32,000 bases of DNA, from positions 2,550,001 to 2,582,000 of the forward strand of contig NZ_CP011304.1 of NCBI RefSeq assembly GCF_000981785.2, read 5' to 3'. Position 1 is the stretch's first letter. Every line of letters begins with the position of its first letter. The translations under genes and the position numbers were made by a program. Below, piece by piece: positions 17,660-25,437 of this stretch. The stretch is from Microcystis aeruginosa NIES-2549. Its GTDB lineage: Bacteria > Cyanobacteriota > Cyanobacteriia > Cyanobacteriales > Microcystaceae. The notes under the pieces are model-generated. The model saw only the letters and a list, made by a program, of their open reading frames with translations. It was not told where the DNA came from and made no database searches.

Positions 17660-19246
17660 ATGCCCATATCCATCGGCTCCGGCTTTATTGCCATCGGACT
17701 CAAGTTTACCTGCTTCCAGATGTTAGACTGCTTTGCGCTGCTAACCGTCGCCTTTGGGGAAGATTTCGAGATCAACCTGTTGGGAATTGCCAAGATGAAA
17801 ATTCCCACTCCGGCAAAAGACTCGAAAAATACAAGCTGTATTCTCAATATGACGATGCTCCTACGAGCCAGATTTTCTCTGAGTGAAGGAGTAATCTCCA
17901 TAGAAGGTCAATTAGCCTCAGATTGCTACATCCTATCGCCAGATTGCCGCTTAACTGGTGGCTTTGCCGTCTGTCTCTGGGTTTCTGGCCCTCATGCAGG
18001 GGATTTTGTCATTACTTTAGGCGGTTATCACCCCCTATTCAAAAAACCTGCCCACTATCCTACAGTCCCTCGTCTGGGTTTCCACTGGAAAGTAGGAGAT
18101 TGCCTATCCCTCAAGGGAGAAAAATACTTTGCTCTGTGCGCTCATGCCATCATGGCCGGTGGCCGACTAGAAGCCAATTTCAAACTCGGTAAACTGTGGG
18201 CTAACTTTGTCGCTGAGGCTCATTTCCTCATCTCTTGGAAACCCTACTACTACGAAATCCTAGTACAAGTGAGGATTCAAGCTGGCTATGGAATACTCGG
18301 ACCTGTTAGTTTAGGGGTGCAACTCCATATCTGGGGTCCAGAATTTGCCGGTACAGCCACATTCTGGATTATCTTCGTCAAAGTCACTGTGGAATTTGGC
18401 GATCAATCTTCTCGCTTACCAGAGCCTATCGATTGGGAAAGTTTCCAAAGTTCCTTCTTACCCCCTGCGAAATCAACAGCACAAGGTTCATCAACAGCTG
18501 CAGACGTTTGTAGTGTTGTTCTCAATCAAGGAGTCACCAAACAACTCTCACCAGCAACAACCAAAGAAGTCGCCTTTGTCGTCAATCCCAAAGAGTTAGA
18601 GCTAGTAGTTAATTCTGCTATCCCCAGCAAGCAAGCATCTTACAATACCCAATCTCTTGGGGTGAATAACAACACCGATTTTGGCGTTCGTTCCATGGGC
18701 ATTAAAAATGCTCAACTCGAAAGCAAGTACAACATCAAAATTACCCGGAAGACAAAGGGAGGAATCTCACAACCCGTTGACCAGAACCAGTTCCAATTTA
18801 TCCCGATAACTCAAGATGTACCAACCGCACTTTGGGGCGATGCTAAAGTTAAAGTTGTCAAAGTAAAGGGTAAAGACTCAGAACGAATTCTTCTCCCTGA
18901 AGCTAACGATCAGCAATTTGTTAAGAACACCCTCTCCGGTTTCCGGATTGTTCCTCAAATCAAGAAAGATGTCTGTAGCACCAATAGTATTGATGTCAAG
19001 AAATTGCGACACGATACCACCCGCCTAAGTGACGTTTACGCTTGGCAACAAATGACGGCTTTTTCTGGGGTTTCTACCGACAATCAAGCTCGAACTACAG
19101 CCATCAAAAACAACATTGTCAGCACCAATACTCAGAAGACGCGCAACAATCTGCTCCAATCTCTCGGCTTTAATCTAGCCGATGATGTTAAATTAACCGA
19201 TTCGGTGGCTAATTCTTTTGTCACTGCACCCCAGGTTAAAGCGTAA
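17660..19246 (+). CDS. 5'-truncated remnant of a large uncharacterised protein (GGYHP-motif domain; reminiscent of the DUF6603 family from memory, unverified)
   Basis: 528-aa ORF with an in-frame stop 27 nt upstream of its first ATG. The conserved-looking core is GGFAVCLWVSGPHAGDFVITLGGYHPLFKKPAHYPTVPRLGFHW...MAGGRLEANF...FLISWKPYYYEI. It starts about 170 bp after the IS end with no SD or promoter context. Confidence 0.6.
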   Translation: MPISIGSGFIAIGLKFTCFQMLDCFALLTVAFGEDFEINLLGIAKMKIPTPAKDSKNTSCILNMTMLLRARFSLSEGVISIEGQLASDCYILSPDCRLTGGFAVCLWVSGPHAGDFVITLGGYHPLFKKPAHYPTVPRLGFHWKVGDCLSLKGEKYFALCAHAIMAGGRLEANFKLGKLWANFVAEAHFLISWKPYYYEILVQVRIQAGYGILGPVSLGVQLHIWGPEFAGTATFWIIFVKVTVEFGDQSSRLPEPIDWESFQSSFLPPAKSTAQGSSTAADVCSVVLNQGVTKQLSPATTKEVAFVVNPKELELVVNSAIPSKQASYNTQSLGVNNNTDFGVRSMGIKNAQLESKYNIKITRKTKGGISQPVDQNQFQFIPITQDVPTALWGDAKVKVVKVKGKDSERILLPEANDQQFVKNTLSGFRIVPQIKKDVCSTNSIDVKKLRHDTTRLSDVYAWQQMTAFSGVSTDNQARTTAIKNNIVSTNTQKTRNNLLQSLGFNLADDVKLTDSVANSFVTAPQVKA

Positions 19247-19371
19247 TTCAAGTGGGGCAGGTCTGCTGTTGCCCATTTAAACGGGGTATTCTAGGGTTAG
19301 AAAATCCCTAAAACTCCCCCCCTCTCTCTCCTACTCTCTAGCTTCAATCCACAATACAAAATCAATTAATC

Positions 19372-21264
19372 ATGTCCACATCAACAGTTAAAGTTCAATT
19401 CATCCAACATCGCCAACCTCCCCTAGATAGTGGTACTTACACAGTCGAAGTTGAACAAAAAGTTAAAACCAAACAGTCTGACAAAATACCTGAGCAGACA
19501 TTCAGTAAAGAGCTTACCTTTTATGTAGATGGCCACCGGTTTGCTCCCCTAACTCCTGATAGCATTTATGCCGTTTTTCCCCCTGCGGGAAACTTGGGTG
19601 AGTATTCTAATGCCTTGCCCCATATCATCCTCAAACGCGGTACTCTGCCTTGGGAGCGTACTATCAAATCAACAAATTCTGATCTCCCTTGGTTAGCTCT
19701 CCTTTTGTTTCAGGAATCAGAAAAACCTGAACCACAAACGATTAAATTAAAGGAGCTAAAAGCAACTTCTGGTAATACTAAATTCCCCACATTTGCATAC
19801 GAGCCGGGGCAAAATGATGAAGATGTGGTGACGGTAATTGATGTCCCTAAAAACATTTTAGAAAAGATTCTTCCTCCAGAAAAGGATCTGACTCTACTTG
19901 CGTCTGTTAACCAAATAACCAACGAGAAAAATGAATCTCTCAGTGAACCTTTAGCCACTATTTTAGGCAACCGCTTACCCAAGAAAGGGGAAGTGAGTAC
20001 CGTTCATTTAGTCGCCCTTGAAGAACGCTATAATAGTGGAACATTTGACTATCAAGGTGCAGGACCTAACGATTTCATCCGTTTAGTTAGTCTTGCTAGT
20101 TGGAGTTTTACCTGTGTTAATAGTAAGCACAATTTCGATGCCCTGCTTAAAGAAATTGATCGCGAACCCGATACCCTCAGACTTCCCTCCCAAAACAATC
20201 ATCCAGCGAAGCAATACCTAGATTTAGGTTATGTACCTCTCCACCACGCTCTGCGACAAGGAGATAAAACAGTTTCTTGGTATCATAGCCCTTTAAGTAC
20301 AGGCCAAAGCCAAGATAATCTAACCGCTCCTGTTGCTATAGCTGATCAATTGATGCGTTATGATCCTAATACGGGTATGTTTGATGTTTCCTACGCTATG
20401 GCTTGGCAGTTAGGACGAATGCTCACCCTACAAAATCAACCCCTGGCTGTTGAGATTTTTAACTGGAAACGCTCTAAAGCTCAAGATTTACATCAGATAC
20501 AGCAACAAGTGCTGCACCTACCTTTCCAAAGCACAACTGAAACTAACGGGGATCTACCAACAGCGATCGCCAATTGGTTCCAAGATTTAGAATTGCTCAA
20601 AAACGTTCCCTTTAACTATTTAGTTCCCGATACACGGTTACTTCCCCCCGAATCTTTGCGCTTCTTTTGGATAGACTCTTATTGGGTTGACTGCTTACAA
20701 GATGGGGCTTTTAGTGTCGGACGAGTTACGAAAGAAGACTTACGATTAGATGTTCAAACTCGCAGTTTACAGCGAAGAAGCCTCGCCCCGTCTGATAAAA
20801 CTATTACTGGCTTTTTGTTACATTCAGAAGTAGTATCCGGTTGGCCCGGTTTAGAAATAGAAGGTTACGTCAATCGCGTAACTGGAACCGATTTTGTCGG
20901 ACCAGAGAATAAACTAACCATACTCCGAAGAGATCTGCTATCAGATAATATCTTACTCTGTTTTTTTGCCGGGGAAGTCAAAACCCTTGACCTTTCGCTT
21001 CAGGGATCATCCGTTAATTGTGGTGTAGATCCGATTAAAAAAGGAACTAAGATTACTAAAGGACTACGAAACCTCGATGGTGAGCAAAAGACGGGGAACA
21101 TAGAGGTTCCCTTCCGAAATGAAAATCTAGGAGTAATTAATATTGAGGAAATGACCAAGAGGCTCAAACAAGGATTAAATGTACCCTACGATTTCACTTC
21201 TGCTCAATTGGCAGCCACCATGATTGAGGGATCGCCCAAAGTTAGATTTGTCGCACGGGGTTAG
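19372..21264 (+). CDS. 630-aa hypothetical protein, partner of the upstream remnant; no recognisable enzymatic motif
   Basis: Long uninterrupted ORF. Distinctive blocks are LPWERT, DLPWLALLLFQESE, VSWYHSPL, FDVSYAMAWQLGRMLTLQN and FNYLVPDTRLLPPESLRFFWIDSYWVDCLQDGAFSVGR. Confidence 0.85.
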   Translation: MSTSTVKVQFIQHRQPPLDSGTYTVEVEQKVKTKQSDKIPEQTFSKELTFYVDGHRFAPLTPDSIYAVFPPAGNLGEYSNALPHIILKRGTLPWERTIKSTNSDLPWLALLLFQESEKPEPQTIKLKELKATSGNTKFPTFAYEPGQNDEDVVTVIDVPKNILEKILPPEKDLTLLASVNQITNEKNESLSEPLATILGNRLPKKGEVSTVHLVALEERYNSGTFDYQGAGPNDFIRLVSLASWSFTCVNSKHNFDALLKEIDREPDTLRLPSQNNHPAKQYLDLGYVPLHHALRQGDKTVSWYHSPLSTGQSQDNLTAPVAIADQLMRYDPNTGMFDVSYAMAWQLGRMLTLQNQPLAVEIFNWKRSKAQDLHQIQQQVLHLPFQSTTETNGDLPTAIANWFQDLELLKNVPFNYLVPDTRLLPPESLRFFWIDSYWVDCLQDGAFSVGRVTKEDLRLDVQTRSLQRRSLAPSDKTITGFLLHSEVVSGWPGLEIEGYVNRVTGTDFVGPENKLTILRRDLLSDNILLCFFAGEVKTLDLSLQGSSVNCGVDPIKKGTKITKGLRNLDGEQKTGNIEVPFRNENLGVINIEEMTKRLKQGLNVPYDFTSAQLAATMIEGSPKVRFVARG

Positions 21265-21324
21265 AGATGAGCCTTTAGTCAACGAAACTATTCAGTTATT
21301 AGAGGAAATTGATTTTCCTGATAA

Positions 21325-21462
21325 TTAAGAGGTGTTAGCGGCTGATTCATCGCCCTGGAGTAGATAATTTAGCCCCAAATACCAGTAATTCGCCACGTTT
21401 TCAGGATTAGCATCAATTTGTTCCTGATAGTAAGCGATTTGTTCAGAAAGATTATTTTCCAT
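21325..21462 (-). pseudogene. 45-codon ORF resembling the first TPR of a larger TPR protein, likely a truncated fragment
   Basis: Translation MENNLSEQIAYYQEQIDANPENVANYWYLGLNYLLQGDESAANTS*. The A-x-x-Y-Y/NP...YW.LG pattern is TPR-like. It is too short to be a complete TPR protein. Confidence 0.3.
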
Positions 21463-21472
21463 AATAGTCTAG

Positions 21473-21659
21473 GTAGGGTTGGCCGAATAAATCTAAAAAC
21501 CTTGTTGGGTAATGTCTTTGGGCTTTTTGAAAATCAAAAAGTACCGGATATGGGAGTGATCGGGGGGGACAATTCAGGTACTTTTTCCCTGAAAATTAGG
21601 TAATTGACCTCCTCAAAATCGGTAAAACCCTACACCCCACACCCCATACCCTACCCCCA
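21473..21659 (-). repeat. dispersed intergenic repeat, copy B (inverted relative to copy A at 8391-8575)
   Basis: The reverse complement reads GGGTTTTACCGATTTTGAGGAGGTCAATTACCTAATTTTCAGGGAAAAAGTACCTGAATTGTCCCCCCCGATC...CCCAACAAGGTTTTTAGATTTATTC. I count about four differences from copy A over the first ~72 nt, and the distal 24 nt are identical. The degenerate CCCCACA head is at 21628-21659. Confidence 0.85.
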
Positions 21660-21685
21660 CGACAAACTTTTTCCACATACCCTAA

Positions 21686-22930
21686 CTAACTCAACGCTTC
21701 AAAATAATCGCGAATTTGGTTACATCGTTGGGGTTGACGCAGTTTTTGCAACGCTTTCGACTCAATTTGTCGCACCCTTTCCCGGGATAATTCCAAGGTG
21801 CGACCGATATCACCTAAAGAATGGGATTTACCATCGAGAAAACCATAGCGCAATTCAATCACTTCTCGTTCGCGAGTGGTTAAATCTCCCAATAATTCTC
21901 TCATATCTTTTTGCAAAGATTCATAGACAAGACGATTTTCTGAAGACACTTCTTCGGTTTCCAAAATGTCTATTAATTCCGTATCTTTTTCCTTGCCCAC
22001 TTTTATTTCTAAGGAAACCGAACGCGGCACTTTCATCAACAATTCCCGCACAGCTTCAGGAGTCATCGCTAACTCTTGGGCAATTTCCTCTACGGTCGCA
22101 GTGCGACCGCGCATTTGCGAGATTTTCCGTTGTGCCTTCTTAATTTTGTTGAGTTTTTCGGTAATATGAACCGGTAAACGAATAATCCGGCTTTGAGTTG
22201 CGATCGCTCTCGTAATTCCTTGACGGATCCACCAGTAGGCATAGGTACTAAAACGATAGCCTTTGCTGGGATCAAATTTCTCGACGGCGCGTTCTAAACC
22301 CAGGGTTCCCTCTTGAATCAAATCCAATAATTCTAAACCGCGATTCTGATATTTTTTGGCCACCGACACCACTAGACGTAAATTGGCCTTGATCATCTGT
22401 TCTTTGGCACGGGTACCAAGGGCAATAATTTCTTCTAATTCCCCCACTTCTAAGCCCACTAGGTGGGCCCAGTGCTGTTTTCCTGCTTTTAAAGCATTTT
22501 TTAATTCAGAAACGTTTATTTGGGCGGTTTTTGCCCAACGTTCTAGGGAGGGACGATGGGCTAATTGCGCAGTTAGTTGATCGCGAATCTCAATTAACTT
22601 GACAAATTGCTGTACTTGTGCATCACCTTGTTTAACGGCGGTGGCGCGGAATTTCAGTAAAGACAGATGACGCTGCACCTGTTGCGCTTGTTCAACTTCC
22701 TCGTCCCGTTTGAGTAGAGGCACTCTGCCAATGTCTTGCAGGTATAAACGTACTAAATCAGTAGTTGTCCCTTTGTTGTAGCTTTTTTCAGGACTAGATA
22801 CTAGATCATCTTCTAAATCACTGCCGAGAAAATCTTCATCTAGGTTGATCGAGTTTCCCTTCAGTTTTAAGATAGAAAAAGAGGGAGAGATCAATTCAGT
22901 TTCGAGCGTCGAGGGGTTAATTGCAGACAT
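21686..22930 (-). CDS. RpoD-family sigma-70 factor, group-2-like (SigC-like by length and divergent region 1.2)
   Basis: 414 aa. Region 1.2 LVRLYLQDIGRVPLLKRDEEV, region 2 LIQEGTLGLERAVEKFDPSKGYRFSTYAYWWIRQGITRAI, region 3 HITEKLNKI, region 4.2 LGDIGRTLELSRERVRQIESKALQKLR. Confidence 0.92.
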   Translation of the reverse strand: MSAINPSTLETELISPSFSILKLKGNSINLDEDFLGSDLEDDLVSSPEKSYNKGTTTDLVRLYLQDIGRVPLLKRDEEVEQAQQVQRHLSLLKFRATAVKQGDAQVQQFVKLIEIRDQLTAQLAHRPSLERWAKTAQINVSELKNALKAGKQHWAHLVGLEVGELEEIIALGTRAKEQMIKANLRLVVSVAKKYQNRGLELLDLIQEGTLGLERAVEKFDPSKGYRFSTYAYWWIRQGITRAIATQSRIIRLPVHITEKLNKIKKAQRKISQMRGRTATVEEIAQELAMTPEAVRELLMKVPRSVSLEIKVGKEKDTELIDILETEEVSSENRLVYESLQKDMRELLGDLTTREREVIELRYGFLDGKSHSLGDIGRTLELSRERVRQIESKALQKLRQPQRCNQIRDYFEALS

Positions 22931-23162
22931 GATGGCTTCTCTACGGGCGACTGTGATAGGAATTAGAAACTTCTAAATCGTTCACCGTAGTCATAGCTTT
23001 CCCACTTAAGCGAGGAAATGATGCAGTCGGGAAAAATTTTTTTTCAAAAGCATTGATCTTTAAACCTAGAAGTTACACCAATTCTGGGGTTTACCTTCTT
23101 AGCCCAACTTCTAGAATTAATGATTGATTGAGAAGTAATTTCCCCTAAAGCCCTATTCCTAT

Positions 23163-24224
23163 CTATTCCTGACTTTCCAGATAATTACGGATTTGTTCTA
23201 GTTTAGCAAGGGCTTTTCCTGACTGTAAACATTGTTGTGCTTGCTGGAAACCCGCGGGGATATCTGGGACAATTCCACAGCGCCAAAGATAAAAACCACC
23301 GTTAAAAATTGCCGCATCGGTTAATTCATTATTTTCTCCGGCTAATAAACCCTTTAATTTAGCGGTGAGCATTTCTAAAGATTCGAGGGGATAATCCGAG
23401 GGACAAAAACCATAATCGCGAGGATTTAGGAAAAATCGCTGAAAGGAAGGGGGATCGGTGGGATTTCCCAGACCAATAATCGCCGTCCGATTACAGGCTA
23501 AATCACAACTCCCCTCTAATCCTTTCACAGTCGTGAAGTGAGAGATATTTCTCAGGGCAAAAGTTTCGCGAAAACGATCTTCGGTGGGGGGATGAACAAA
23601 ACCCGATATCTGATGAATATTACCGACAAAAGGCGACCAGATTAACTCTACCGTGGCCATGGGCGGACGTTTACCGATTTGCTCCCGATAGGTGACAAAA
23701 TTCTGTACTAGGGGAAAGTGGCGCGGAATATAGAAAAAAGTCAATCCTGTGGTGATTAAACAGTCTTTCACCGCTGCTAAGGATAATTGACTAAAATCTG
23801 CTCCTAATTGCTGCCAGATTTCCCTGAGAGAAATACCGTATTTAGTCGGCATTCGATCGCCCCCGTGCAGGACTACGGGAACCCCCGCCAACCCTAAGAT
23901 TAAAGTAGTGATCGGAGTAACTGGGGCAGTGCGAGAGCGTCCATCGTAGGGATTGCCAAAAATAGTGATCGGATGCTGAAAAGAGGCTGATTCTAGGGTT
24001 ATTTGCGGGCCAAGCTCGGCGTAGGCATCAAGCATTCCCGCTAACTCATCGCTGGTGGGGCGTTTAATGCGATGGGCAATCATGAAAGCACCGATTTGGG
24101 CCGGGGTTGCCTCTTGGGTTAACATCATCTTGGTGGCCATTGCCGCTTCGGGACGGGTTAAATTTTTGCCCGTATGGGTGCCACTACCGATCGCTTTTAA
24201 TAATTCTCGAAAAGTATCGCTCAT
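23163..24224 (-). CDS. anthranilate phosphoribosyltransferase-family (glycosyltransferase family 3) paralog lacking canonical TrpD motifs
   Basis: 353 aa. The N-terminal helical domain (LTRPEAAMATKMML...PAQIGAFMIAHRIKRPT) has TrpD-like architecture. GNPYDGRS replaces GTGGDG, and LHGGDR replaces KHGNR. Confidence 0.8.
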   Translation of the reverse strand: MSDTFRELLKAIGSGTHTGKNLTRPEAAMATKMMLTQEATPAQIGAFMIAHRIKRPTSDELAGMLDAYAELGPQITLESASFQHPITIFGNPYDGRSRTAPVTPITTLILGLAGVPVVLHGGDRMPTKYGISLREIWQQLGADFSQLSLAAVKDCLITTGLTFFYIPRHFPLVQNFVTYREQIGKRPPMATVELIWSPFVGNIHQISGFVHPPTEDRFRETFALRNISHFTTVKGLEGSCDLACNRTAIIGLGNPTDPPSFQRFFLNPRDYGFCPSDYPLESLEMLTAKLKGLLAGENNELTDAAIFNGGFYLWRCGIVPDIPAGFQQAQQCLQSGKALAKLEQIRNYLESQE

Positions 24225-24267
24225 CTCAAGGAAGAAAATAAAGAGTAAATAGGATTGATTGGGATTG

Positions 24268-25239
24268 CTAAGGCTGTAAAGGGTGGTTTTCTAAGCTTTC
24301 TAGCACACTTTGATTCATTTGCCGCACTAATTGACAAAAATGAGCGATCGGTGGTATCTGTAAGCGATCGCTGGTGGTGACAAGGACTACCTGACGGGTG
24401 AGGCGCTGGTGAAATTTACCATGATTAGGGTGGGGATTTTTGTTGTTGGGGCAAGCAAGAGGACGAATGGCGAGGGTAGCATCGCTGCGGGCTTCCATCA
24501 GGGCTGATTGGGGCAGAAGAGCGATAATATTACCCTGACGCACCACACCGCGAAAAGCATCAAGGGTGTTTAATTCCATGACAGTTTTCAGGTGGGCATC
24601 CTGACGGGAAAACCATTCTTGTACTAATCTTTGCATTCCGTAGCCATCTTTGAAAACCACTTGCGGATAGGGGATTAATTCCGACCATGGCACTTCTTTG
24701 TATTGGGCGAGGGGATGATTAGCGGCCATGAGAATTTCGATCGCTTCTTGGTATAATACCTCGACCACCATCTCCGGGCTAGAGGTGAGAAAACGATTAT
24801 TCATTACCAACGCCACATCTACTAAACCATCCCGCAAGACTTTTAAAGCGCGATCGCTGCCTAGGGCTGTAACTCTCAACTGAACTTCTGGGTATTCAGC
24901 ACAAAATTTCGGCAAAATCGGCGGTAAATAGTGGGCGCACACGGAATGAATCGCCGCCACGCACAATTCTGGCTGTTTTCCTGCCTGTAGGTCAGTGATT
25001 TCCCTGTGAACATTCGTCCATTCTTGACAAATTCGTTTCGCCCGGGGCAGTAATTTCTCGCCGGCAATGGTTAACTTCGCTTGGGCGGTACGATGAAAAA
25101 GAGGTAAGCCCAAATCGGTTTCTAGGGATTGAATCTGCCGGCTGATAGTCGATTGGGTGACTCCACACTGGCGGGCGGCTTGACCGAAATTGCCCGTATC
25201 GGCTACGGCTAAAAAGGCTTGCAATTGCTCGATCCGCAT
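24268..25239 (-). CDS. LysR-family transcriptional regulator
   Basis: N-terminal HTH MRIEQLQAFLAVADTGNFGQAARQCGVTQSTISRQIQSLETDLGLPLFHR, followed by a LysR substrate-binding domain of typical length. Confidence 0.93.
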   Translation of the reverse strand: MRIEQLQAFLAVADTGNFGQAARQCGVTQSTISRQIQSLETDLGLPLFHRTAQAKLTIAGEKLLPRAKRICQEWTNVHREITDLQAGKQPELCVAAIHSVCAHYLPPILPKFCAEYPEVQLRVTALGSDRALKVLRDGLVDVALVMNNRFLTSSPEMVVEVLYQEAIEILMAANHPLAQYKEVPWSELIPYPQVVFKDGYGMQRLVQEWFSRQDAHLKTVMELNTLDAFRGVVRQGNIIALLPQSALMEARSDATLAIRPLACPNNKNPHPNHGKFHQRLTRQVVLVTTSDRLQIPPIAHFCQLVRQMNQSVLESLENHPLQP

Positions 25240-25327
25240 TCTTTCTCGTTTTAATTACATTCCTTCATGACTTTATGACAATAACGAATTTTATTGGGAC
25301 TTTTGGTAGAAATTGCTACCGTTTTCT

Positions 25328-25358
25328 CAGTTATCAGTCATCAGTTATCAGTTATCAG
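25328..25358. repeat. heptanucleotide STR (CAGTTAT/CAGTCAT)x4 upstream of the LysR gene
   Basis: Read directly: CAGTTATCAGTCATCAGTTATCAGTTATCAG. It is followed by the inverted repeat ATGTGA-N9-TCACAT and repeats of GTTCACTGTT. Confidence 0.85.
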
Positions 25359-25437
25359 ATGTGAGTTTTCAGTTCACATTTTTGTCAATTATCAGTTCAC
25401 TGTTTGCTGTTCACTGTTGACTGATTACTGAAAAAAA

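Noticed and set aside
17632-19982. ORFs at 17632-17901 (-), 17923-18192 (+), 18345-18599 (+) and 19710-19982 (-)
   Set aside because: All are embedded in or antisense to the two long ORFs of the orphan module, and all have Arg/Ser/Pro-rich, out-of-frame-type composition.
15728-21264. Interpreting the orphan module as a prophage, a contractile-injection-system cluster, or a known defence system
   Set aside because: No sheath, tube, baseplate, integrase, nuclease, ATPase or methylase signatures are visible in this window. Any such assignment would be speculation, so the module is reported only as uncharacterised.
21604-22143. 179-aa plus-strand ORF, together with the smaller ORFs at 21966-22169, 22090-22275 and 22356-22580
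   Set aside because: They lie antisense to, or in an alternative frame entirely within, the well-supported sigma-70 gene. The first also starts inside the dispersed repeat. Their composition is low-complexity and they contain no motifs.
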